Part shown: in pieces, positions 36,048 through 43,855 of the stretch | How positions within the stretch are numbered: position 1 is the stretch's first letter | How the letters are laid out: every line of letters starts with the position of its first letter | DNA from: Minisyncoccota bacterium | Lineage (GTDB): Bacteria; Patescibacteriota; Minisyncoccia; Phycocordibacterales; Phycocordibacteraceae | Direction of reading: 5' to 3' | DNA: 61,701 nt | Assembly (NCBI GenBank): GCA_038106525.1 | Contig: JAYOEC010000003.1 | Coordinates: forward strand, 1 to 61,701 | Translations under genes and position numbers: made by a program | Notes under the pieces: model-generated | Seen by the model: the letters and a program-made list of their open reading frames with translations, nothing else | Database searches by the model: none | What the model was told of the DNA's origin: nothing

Positions 36048-36302
36048 CTACTCCTCTTCTCTTAAAATCTCACTTTTGTTGCCCCGAAGTCCATTGTATC
36101 CACCAGGAGTACCATCTGAACGGATAACCCGGTGGCACGGAATTGAGCAATCCTTGTTAGCACGCATAATCGCTCCAACTGCCCGTGCGGCCCCTGGATG
36201 CCCCGCCCGAGTCGCAACTTCCTTATACGAAAGCGTTTTTCCTTTCGGAATCTTCCGCACCACCCCAAGCACCCGCTCCCGAAACATGTTCCGCCTTATC
36301 AT
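36048..36302 (-). CDS. ogt: methylated-DNA-protein-cysteine methyltransferase, single-domain form
   Basis: 84-aa ORF with IPCHRVIRSDGTPGGY (PCHRV active site) and YKEVATRAGHPGAARAVG. Confidence 0.85.
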   Translation of the reverse strand: MIRRNMFRERVLGVVRKIPKGKTLSYKEVATRAGHPGAARAVGAIMRANKDCSIPCHRVIRSDGTPGGYNGLRGNKSEILREEE

Positions 36303-36412
36303 CTTTCAATCCTATCATTCCGACCTTGGCACATATTTCAACCACCCATCCACCTATGTATGTTCCATCCACATATTTCACATTATGAGTCTATATTTTG
36401 AATGAAATATAA

Positions 36413-36438
36413 GAGTGCTATCATATATGGTAGCACTG
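36413..36438. promoter_or_regulatory. inverted repeat upstream of the TrpR/YerC-like gene (candidate operator)
   Basis: GAGTGCTA-N10-TAGCACTG, ending 5 nt before ATG 36443. The spacer TCATATATGG is -10-like. Confidence 0.35.
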
Positions 36439-36442
36439 TATT

Positions 36443-36892
36443 ATGAAGCGAAAACGGGATGAACTAAGTGAAAAGGATTTTATCAAGACCCTTGATTACC
36501 TTTACACTGCGGCATCCAGCATTCATGGGCGCAGTGCAGTTAAGTCGTTCCTAAAGGATTTACTCACGCCGTCAGAGAAGATAATGCTTGGGAGGCGCAT
36601 TTGGATTGCACGGCTCCTCATGGCTGGTTACTCGCAGCGCGAAATCGGAGGGCGACTAAAAGTAAGTCCGAACACCATTCAAAAAATTCAGCAATGGCTT
36701 TCTGATCTACTCCCAGGATATGAAAATGCCATTGCCGGCTTGGAGAAGGAGCTGGATAAGCGTGCAATGCACAAAGAATCGATCAAGGATTCCTTTTCTT
36801 TTGCAGCGCTCAAGCGGAAGTATCCTTTGCACTTTTTACTCTTCCCTGCACCAAAAGCCAAAAGGCGGTATCGACAGAAACCTTTGAATTAA
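36443..36892 (+). CDS. TrpR/YerC/YecD-like DNA-binding protein
   Basis: 149-aa ORF with LLTPSEKIMLGRRIWIARLLMAGYSQREIGGRLKVSPNTIQKI (Trp-repressor-like HTH). Confidence 0.7.
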   Translation: MKRKRDELSEKDFIKTLDYLYTAASSIHGRSAVKSFLKDLLTPSEKIMLGRRIWIARLLMAGYSQREIGGRLKVSPNTIQKIQQWLSDLLPGYENAIAGLEKELDKRAMHKESIKDSFSFAALKRKYPLHFLLFPAPKAKRRYRQKPLN

Positions 36893-37260
36893 TTTTTATT
36901 TGATATCTTTCGAACCAAGATCCCCAGCCAGTATCCACCAAGCCCAAGTGCAATTGGGAGGAACAAGTGAGAAAAGTCAAAAATCACCTCAAACGCAACC
37001 GGCAGGGCAAGAGCCCACCACATCCATTTCCTCCAGTTGCCAGTCCCGAATGCTGCAAACAGAAGCGGAAAAAAAAATATGAGAGCAAGTGGGAAACCAA
37101 CAATCGGACCCCAGAAATCTGCTGTGCCAATTATGCTTGTATCTAGGCTGCCTGGGTCTAAAAACTCGTAAAGTCTCCCAAAGAGATATCCAGAAAAAAA
37201 AGAAAAAAAGAGTGCTATAAAAATGATTTCAAAATTTAGGACTTTATGTCTTGGAATCAT
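36889..37260 (-). CDS. small 4-TM membrane protein
   Basis: 123-aa hydrophobic ORF lying 11 nt downstream of the lipase-like gene. Confidence 0.5.
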   Translation of the reverse strand: MIPRHKVLNFEIIFIALFFSFFSGYLFGRLYEFLDPGSLDTSIIGTADFWGPIVGFPLALIFFFPLLFAAFGTGNWRKWMWWALALPVAFEVIFDFSHLFLPIALGLGGYWLGILVRKISNKN

Positions 37261-37271
37261 AAGTATAAATA

Positions 37272-40193
37272 TCAGTAATTCAATTTTTCATGATTCAATA
37301 ACCATTCTACATCCGATTTTATGATCTCGTAGGCAGAGCGGGTGATGGTGCCGTTCTTTAGCAACTTCTCAAGCTCCTTGGTAAGAGTGCGCATGATTGC
37401 CCTGTCAATGCGATACTCAGCATTTGGTCGAAGGCGCGGACCTCTTGGTGATAAGCTTACTGGCCAACCAACAATGTTTTCCGACTTAGTAGCCGTCTTG
37501 ACCAACCCCTGAAGCTGGGCAGAACTGCGAAACGAACTAATATGGCCGAGTTCATACAATCTCCCAATAGTCCAGATCAGACTTTCAGGAGTAACACCAA
37601 GACTGAATATTTCTTCAGCACTTGCAATGTTGCCAGCAGTATCTGAAGCGGTAGCTGAAAAAGTATGCTCTCCTAGTTTTTCAAACAACATCTGAAATGA
37701 GGTGCTGCTTGTGGCCACTCTATCGTACTCGTACTTTACTTCTTTAATGCCGGAACCGTCATCAGTAGCAAGAACATTGCTACTAATCGTATCCGAACGC
37801 ACATACTCCTTTGCCTTCGGTTCAAGAATTTCAATTGTCGGAGGGTCAAAATCTAACCCGCCAATGTTGATTGGATCTGCAGAACTTTCCTCAAGTTTTG
37901 CAACCAGTTCCATTGTCTGGTTTGGAGCAATTTCTAGAGTATAAGTTGATTCTCTTTCTGAACTGTCAGAAAGTAAACTGGCGGCAACGGTCACCTTGCC
38001 CCCGCTGTCTGCTCCTTGAAGCCCGATATGATACTCGCCGTCAATCGGGTTAGGGATGGTTATAAACTCGGAGTCAGTCTGCGCTCCGGTATAGTATGCA
38101 CCTGGGATCTCGTTACTTATTCCATTACCGATTCTTCGACCAAGCGAGTCAGTAACGATGAGATCAGCTGGTGAAAAAATTCTAATAACCAAGATTCTCT
38201 GAACTAAGCCTTTTGAAATTATTTGGTCTGGATCTTTTGAGGTGAGTAACGAAAATAAAACGCCCTGAACCGCACTAGGTAATACTGAGTGAGAAGATGC
38301 GACATTATTACTATTTAAATTCCATATTGCACTCACTAAAGGTACGGTATTATCTCCGTCTCCCCTATCGACCCCCGAATAACCTAACGGATTAAAAAGT
38401 CCGACTGGCATGCCGTCTGGCCAGAATGGTGGGATAGTTGATTCTTTAATCTGCAATGAAACAATGGTGTCATCCTGAGGGGTCTCGCCAACAAAATTAT
38501 GCACCTCAATCCCTCGCGCGACGAGATTGTCGACAGAGCCTCGCAGGGATTCAAGAAACGGGTTTGTTGGGTACTCTGCAGGATACACCTTGAGCGAGTT
38601 ACCTTCGTTAAACAGGTAGCTATAGACTGGCAGCAGCTCGCGGACTGATGTGATCGGGTAGCCACGGATATATTCAAAAAGATTTTGATACCCTCGCTCA
38701 TACGCCTCCAATGTTAAAATTGATTTGAGCACCAACCCAAGGATATCGGAATCAAATACACCTGCCTCCCACATCAAGTAGGCCTTTGGTGCACCGAGGT
38801 GCGGAGTTCCAAGAAATATGAGTTTGTTAATATCGCCTTCGTACGCACTTGACTGCGCGTACTGCCGCGCAACCAGTCCACCCATCGAGTGCGCAACAAT
38901 ATCGACCTTCATACAGTTACAGATAGATTGGATTGTATTAATCTTGTCCCTCAACAGCGACGCGGTATCCACATTTGAGCGACGCCAATCGTACGGAAAC
39001 GCAAAGAGCGTCTCCCCCGAGGTATACCAGTTGGCGTCGAGGGTCTCGTACAAGTTGTCATACACATGCGTTATTGGGTCAAGCACCCACTCGCCGTCGA
39101 GATTCTGTGCCGAGCCAAGAATACCCGGCACAATAATAACCGGATACGGATCATCTGCCCGATACTCAAATGTTAAGGTAGTAAACTTGCGCGGAGCGAC
39201 ACCACCACTTCCCCCAGTTGCAAACCATTCTGCCTCTTGAGATACTCCTGCTGAGACATACTTTGGATCGCGCTCAGCAATAAGCACCGTGTATATGCCT
39301 TTTCCGGTAACTGCTTCCTCAAGTTGAAGATTGAGGAATTTTCCGATTTCCTGAGCACCACTCCCCCAGGCCTGTAGATTCGAGAAATAATTGACTCCTG
39401 CGCTCGGCGTACCCCCATCAATTGACCCGAAGGTTCCTTTAAAAATCATAAAGAGCGCCTGCTGATTCGGCACTGCATTCGGCCAGGTAAATCTGAAACG
39501 CCAGTATTTTGAGGGATTGTTTAGTGAGGGGTTGACCTCTGTTCGGTACACTGCTTCATTTTTTTTAATAATTCTATCGGCATACTGAATCTCCGCTATG
39601 GCGTTTGGCAACTCAACAACATGATCCTCTGCTCGGTATTCGAAACTGAACATTGCATATTGGTACGGCTCGCGAGTCCCCGCCGCACCACCAGCTGCAA
39701 ACCACTGTAAGAGATCGTTGCCCGTGTACCCGCTGAACGGCAGCTCTGCAACAAGAACGGTGTATGTCCCTGACTCAGTATCAAGATTGCCAAGCGGTGG
39801 CAATACAAACTGCTTTTGGATCGATTGTTGCCCGGAACCCCATGCTTGGACTGTGGCAGCATAATTCACTCCATTTTGGAGCGAGCCACCATGAACAGAT
39901 CCAAAGGTCCCGCGGAACACCGCAAGGTACGCTCGATTGTTCGGCACCGAATTTGGCCATGAAAAATTGAATCGCCAAAAGTCGGTAATGGATGATATGT
40001 CGGATCGAACTAGTATATTCCCAGAGTTTATAACCGCTCCTCCGTGCTCAATGCTCGTCAGTGTTCCGAGGTCTGCCGCCTGCACTCCTGCCGGGATACA
40101 AAAAACGGCGACCATCAAGGCCGCCGCGAAATGTTCTCGCGAGTTGAGCATCAATGAGATGCCCGTATGCATACCGCCAGTATGCGTCCACAA
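37272..40193 (-). CDS. large secreted alpha/beta-hydrolase (lipase/LCAT/PGAP1-like) multidomain protein
   Basis: 973-aa ORF with signal peptide (AAALMVAVFCIPAGVQA). Domain order: two tandem ~150-aa modules, a lipase core (PVIIVPGILGS ... VDIVAHSMGGLVARQY, nucleophile Ser at 38886-38888), an Ig-like region, then a helical tail. Confidence 0.7.
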   Translation of the reverse strand: MWTHTGGMHTGISLMLNSREHFAAALMVAVFCIPAGVQAADLGTLTSIEHGGAVINSGNILVRSDISSITDFWRFNFSWPNSVPNNRAYLAVFRGTFGSVHGGSLQNGVNYAATVQAWGSGQQSIQKQFVLPPLGNLDTESGTYTVLVAELPFSGYTGNDLLQWFAAGGAAGTREPYQYAMFSFEYRAEDHVVELPNAIAEIQYADRIIKKNEAVYRTEVNPSLNNPSKYWRFRFTWPNAVPNQQALFMIFKGTFGSIDGGTPSAGVNYFSNLQAWGSGAQEIGKFLNLQLEEAVTGKGIYTVLIAERDPKYVSAGVSQEAEWFATGGSGGVAPRKFTTLTFEYRADDPYPVIIVPGILGSAQNLDGEWVLDPITHVYDNLYETLDANWYTSGETLFAFPYDWRRSNVDTASLLRDKINTIQSICNCMKVDIVAHSMGGLVARQYAQSSAYEGDINKLIFLGTPHLGAPKAYLMWEAGVFDSDILGLVLKSILTLEAYERGYQNLFEYIRGYPITSVRELLPVYSYLFNEGNSLKVYPAEYPTNPFLESLRGSVDNLVARGIEVHNFVGETPQDDTIVSLQIKESTIPPFWPDGMPVGLFNPLGYSGVDRGDGDNTVPLVSAIWNLNSNNVASSHSVLPSAVQGVLFSLLTSKDPDQIISKGLVQRILVIRIFSPADLIVTDSLGRRIGNGISNEIPGAYYTGAQTDSEFITIPNPIDGEYHIGLQGADSGGKVTVAASLLSDSSERESTYTLEIAPNQTMELVAKLEESSADPINIGGLDFDPPTIEILEPKAKEYVRSDTISSNVLATDDGSGIKEVKYEYDRVATSSTSFQMLFEKLGEHTFSATASDTAGNIASAEEIFSLGVTPESLIWTIGRLYELGHISSFRSSAQLQGLVKTATKSENIVGWPVSLSPRGPRLRPNAEYRIDRAIMRTLTKELEKLLKNGTITRSAYEIIKSDVEWLLNHEKLNY
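39150..40073 (-). repeat. internal tandem duplication (two ~150-aa modules) at the lipase N-terminus
   Basis: First pair of matching segments: WRFNFSWPNSVPNNRAYLAVFRGTFGSVHGG...VNYAATVQAWGSG versus WRFRFTWPNAVPNQQALFMIFKGTFGSIDGG...VNYFSNLQAWGSG. Second pair: YTVLVAE...WFAAGGAAG...FSFEYRAED versus YTVLIAE...WFATGGSGG...LTFEYRADD. Confidence 0.85.
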
Positions 40194-40220
40194 AAATTGC
40201 GTGTCAACCTTTTGTAGCGG

Positions 40221-41054
40221 TCAGAAGAGTGAAGGGGTGGGAGATGTCCCCGACTCCTTTTTTGAACTGGATGGTTTTTGTTTTGTAATTTTTGCATGCT
40301 GAGTGGCAAGCGCCTTGCCCGCCGCCTCGCGGTATGTACAAAAGTCGCATGGCCCCCCATTGAACGCCTTGCCAATCTTTGGTATAGACTCGGACATCAG
40401 CATGTCTTTAAGATCCACAAGCGTCTGATCAACCCAATCACTATTTCCGGTATACGCAATCAAGTTCACATCGAATTCGAGCTTGCCATCAAACGCTACG
40501 GCATCAGATTTACCGTTTACATACACAAAGTACCCGGTATTCGAAACAGAGAATCCATTTTGCCTAAAAAGCCACTGGTAAATCTCAATTTGCTTCTTGT
40601 ATGAATCATAAAGATCATCAGTCGTTGATGGCCCCTCCTTTTTTGAAGTCGCTTTGTAGTCGACAATCATAAGCTGGCCATCCTGATCAACCCAGACATC
40701 GTCGACGCCGCCACGCAAAATTATATTTGATCTCTGGTGGTGGTGCTTAATGCCCCGCCGCAACGCATCTCTCCACTCATCCATCCGAGGATCATTGAGC
40801 GGCGTCGCATTGACTCCGTACTGGCGTGTGAGCGGGTGCTGGGTACCTTGGACTCGATGCGCATCAAACTCGCGCTTCAGCAGTTCGTCAACTGCGTTGT
40901 TAAGCGTAAACGACGGACCAGAAACTCGTTTGACACCAAGTCGCAAGTCAAGATACGCGCACCGCGGACAGTCGGTAAACAGGTCGAGCTTTGAACGGCT
41001 GATGGTAAACGGCTCGCTCGAAGAAGGATCAAAGGTCTTTGGTGCCCACGCCAT
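40221..41054 (-). CDS. PD-(D/E)XK nuclease, Cas4/RecB-like with Cys cluster
   Basis: 277-aa ORF with N-terminal CPRCAYL, core GGVDDVW...IVDYKAT...QIEIYQWL (D, D/E-x-K, QxxxY) and C-terminal CDFCTY, the Cas4-type four-Cys arrangement. Confidence 0.65.
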   Translation of the reverse strand: MAWAPKTFDPSSSEPFTISRSKLDLFTDCPRCAYLDLRLGVKRVSGPSFTLNNAVDELLKREFDAHRVQGTQHPLTRQYGVNATPLNDPRMDEWRDALRRGIKHHHQRSNIILRGGVDDVWVDQDGQLMIVDYKATSKKEGPSTTDDLYDSYKKQIEIYQWLFRQNGFSVSNTGYFVYVNGKSDAVAFDGKLEFDVNLIAYTGNSDWVDQTLVDLKDMLMSESIPKIGKAFNGGPCDFCTYREAAGKALATQHAKITKQKPSSSKKESGTSPTPSLF

Positions 41055-41060
41055 AGTCGA

Positions 41061-41885
41061 TTATGCACTGCAAAGCGCAGTACTCTCTGAAACAACATGT
41101 GCAACACGGCGCTTTGGCACCCCTGCCCGCTCGAGCGATGCGGGGTCAGTCACGACCGCACTGCACAGGGAGACTTGAGATGAGAGAAGTCGGCTTTTCT
41201 CAGCCCGCGTCAGCGATGTAAGCACTGTTATCGGATAGACGCGGGTCTCGCGGATAAGGTCAGAGAGCGAACCCTGCGCGGGGTAGTCCCACCCAAGAAG
41301 GCCGATGCCCGCACACGAAGCATACTCGATGGCATGCTCAGTAAACTTGGTGTTAGTGACCAGCCACCCTTCGCCAATGTGCGAGTTTGTACCCTGCTGG
41401 TGAGCGGCTTCAATATCAGAAAAGCGCGCTCGAACATACAGTGCAATCTTAATATCCGTTTTGTACCCCGGCTGATTATGAAATTTGAGTTCAGCGCCAA
41501 TAGTCCGTTCGTCCTTCTCCATTACTAAATCCACCTCATGGGGTGCACACTTGCCCTGTACCATTACGCGCGTCCTTACTGCGTATCCCTTTGCGCGCAT
41601 AAGTTCAGCCATGTAGTCCTCAAATGGAAACCCGGTGGGGCCGAGCTCAAGGATAGCGCGACGCATTGAGTAACGAGCCGCTGCGGCTCGCTCCTCTCTG
41701 TGAAGAATCTTGAATGCGTTTTTATATATTTCGCTGGTGGACATCCCGTCCGCCACAACAGCAGCAACCCGCTCTGCAACCCGGTTCGCTAAGTCAGCAT
41801 CTGCACCTGAACGGGCCAACGAGTCAGCAAGCTTAAGCACATTAAAGAGCTCTCGAGTTCCGTCGCCTTTAACAATTTCCGGCAT
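41061..41885 (-). CDS. ATP-cone domain fused to restriction-endonuclease-like (Mrr-type) domain
   Basis: N-terminal IVKGDGTRELFNVLKLADSLARSG (ATP-cone-like). Central HEVDLVMEKDERTIGAELKFH (PD-D/ExK-like). ATG 41885 overlaps the mnmA stop (TAATG); the ORF-track start 41912 is a GTG. Confidence 0.6.
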   Translation of the reverse strand: MPEIVKGDGTRELFNVLKLADSLARSGADADLANRVAERVAAVVADGMSTSEIYKNAFKILHREERAAAARYSMRRAILELGPTGFPFEDYMAELMRAKGYAVRTRVMVQGKCAPHEVDLVMEKDERTIGAELKFHNQPGYKTDIKIALYVRARFSDIEAAHQQGTNSHIGEGWLVTNTKFTEHAIEYASCAGIGLLGWDYPAQGSLSDLIRETRVYPITVLTSLTRAEKSRLLSSQVSLCSAVVTDPASLERAGVPKRRVAHVVSESTALCSA

Positions 41886-42907
41886 TATCGAATGATACCA
41901 CCACCGAGGCACTGCGAACGATCAGGAGCATAGAACACCACAGATTGGCCGCTTGCGGCAAGCACCGGCTGGCCAAATCGAACTGAATTATGCTCGAAAA
42001 CTGCATGGTGTAGCTCGCCACGGTATCGAACTCGCGCATATAGGTTTTCCGTCGGCTGATGCCCCGACACCCAATTTATCGCGTCAAGCGCATACTCGGA
42101 TACTCCACCATGTGCAGCCGGGTCGGTTGATACCACAAGCTGATTTGCTGCAATCCGCTTTTCGATGACATACATCTTTTCACCTCGTTGCACCGGCACT
42201 CGCTGCCCGATGGTATAAAACCAGACTCCATCATGCTCTCCGACCTGCTCGCCGTCTCGCGACATGACTGCCCCGCGAGCTGGCGAGATGTACCGTTTCA
42301 GAAACGACTGCATATCAACATGACCAAGAAAGCAGAGTCCCTGCGAATCAGGGCGGGTTGCATTTGGCAGACCAGCATCGGCTGCAATCCTTCGTATCTG
42401 TGATTTTTGATGCTCTCCGACAGGAAACAGCGTGTGCGAGAGGTCTTCCTGCCCAAGTGTCCATAAAAAGTAGGTTTGGTCCTTCTCCCGATCACGGGCA
42501 GTTCCGAGCGCGTAAGAGCCTCCTATTGGAACCACGCGCGCGTAGTGCCCCGTCGCGAGATACGAAGCGCCATCTGCCTGCGTGCGCGACCAAAATGCAC
42601 CAAACTTTATCGCGCGATTGCACAGAACATCGGGATTCGGTGTCCTTCCAGCGCGATACTCAGCGACAAACGGTTGCACGACGGCGGCTTCATACTCGGC
42701 AGAAAAATCGTAAGTAATAAACGGTATCTTGAGATGCGCCGCAACGCGCATGGCCGAAAGTCGGTCAGCCGCGCCAGTGCACGGCAAAAAGTCTGGCTCC
42801 CACCCCTTGATAAAGACACCAACAACCTCGAATCCTGCACGCTGCAGGAGGAGCGCCGCGACTGCACTATCCACCCCTCCGGAGATACCAACAAACACCC
42901 TTCGCAT
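41885..42907 (-). CDS. mnmA: tRNA 2-thiouridine(34) synthase
   Basis: 340-aa ORF with VGISGGVDSAVAA PP-loop, CNRAIKFGAF and ATGHYARV motifs. Confidence 0.9.
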   Translation of the reverse strand: MRRVFVGISGGVDSAVAALLLQRAGFEVVGVFIKGWEPDFLPCTGAADRLSAMRVAAHLKIPFITYDFSAEYEAAVVQPFVAEYRAGRTPNPDVLCNRAIKFGAFWSRTQADGASYLATGHYARVVPIGGSYALGTARDREKDQTYFLWTLGQEDLSHTLFPVGEHQKSQIRRIAADAGLPNATRPDSQGLCFLGHVDMQSFLKRYISPARGAVMSRDGEQVGEHDGVWFYTIGQRVPVQRGEKMYVIEKRIAANQLVVSTDPAAHGGVSEYALDAINWVSGHQPTENLYARVRYRGELHHAVFEHNSVRFGQPVLAASGQSVVFYAPDRSQCLGGGIIR

Positions 42908-42916
42908 GTTCCGAGC

Positions 42917-43855
42917 TTACCTTAAAAATACTCGATTTGCCTTATGCTCCTCAAAAGTTCGCGCATAGTGCATGGTTCCGTCTGCACCAGTAAGATAAAA
43001 CAGGTACGGCGATCTGGTTGGCTCGAGTGCCGCTTGGATAGCATCAATTCCCGGATTTGCAATCGGACCTGGGGGAAGCCCCTTGTACTTATAGGTATTG
43101 TATGGCGAATCAACCTCCAAATCGCTGAAAAGCGGACTGAAGGTATCTCGCTGGTAAATGTAGCCGAATACCGCATCGACTTGAAGTGGCATCCCCCGTT
43201 CAATGCGCGCCCAGAGTATCCCACTTACCAACTGCATGGTCTCAAATTGTCGCGCTTCTTTCTGAAGGAGCGAGGCCATAGTGAGTATTTCGTGCTCACT
43301 CTTTCCTGCTGCAGCAAATCGAACACGAAGCGGCGCAACATTCTTTTCGTACGCAGCCTCCATGGTCGCGATGACCACATCTGGCGGCGTTCCGGGGAGG
43401 AAATAGTAAGTGTCCGGAAACAGATACCCTTCTCGCTCCTTTGCCATTTCTAAAAAATGTTCAACCTCAAAGTCGCCAACTGCTGACGAAAGCAGCTCTG
43501 CAATATCCCAAGAAGTTGACCCCTCAGGTATGGTCACGCGAATTGGCTGCAGTCCGGTCACCCCGAATTGCAAACGATACGCAAGCTGAAATACATTTTC
43601 CGGCGATTGCAGCGCATAAGTCCCCGCTTGAACGCCATGATTCCCAGACACAAGAACGGCGATCTTAAACGCAAGGATTGAGTGCAATGCGCCGCGTTGC
43701 TGCAATACGACAGCAGCATTCTCTACCGTTGATCCGCTGCTGATGTGGATACTCTCTCCCTCGGGGTAGTACAGTGGGGGCGCAACAGCAAGTGCATAGG
43801 CAAGCGATGCAATAAGGAGGACGCCAACAAGAAACGCTGAGTTTCGTTGATTCAT
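42917..43855 (-). CDS. mltG: endolytic transglycosylase MltG (YceG-like)
   Basis: 312-aa ORF with an N-terminal TM, ASLLQKEA and YNTYKYKGLPPGPIANPG motifs. Confidence 0.85.
   Translation of the reverse strand: MNQRNSAFLVGVLLIASLAYALAVAPPLYYPEGESIHISSGSTVENAAVVLQQRGALHSILAFKIAVLVSGNHGVQAGTYALQSPENVFQLAYRLQFGVTGLQPIRVTIPEGSTSWDIAELLSSAVGDFEVEHFLEMAKEREGYLFPDTYYFLPGTPPDVVIATMEAAYEKNVAPLRVRFAAAGKSEHEILTMASLLQKEARQFETMQLVSGILWARIERGMPLQVDAVFGYIYQRDTFSPLFSDLEVDSPYNTYKYKGLPPGPIANPGIDAIQAALEPTRSPYLFYLTGADGTMHYARTFEEHKANRVFLR

Noticed and set aside
36076-36405. His/Pro-rich plus-strand ORFs (67-109 aa) across ogt and the ogt/TrpR-like spacer
   Set aside because: They are low-complexity translations that overlap the well-supported ogt gene in antisense. 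The remainder lies in an A+T-rich, repeat-containing intergenic region.
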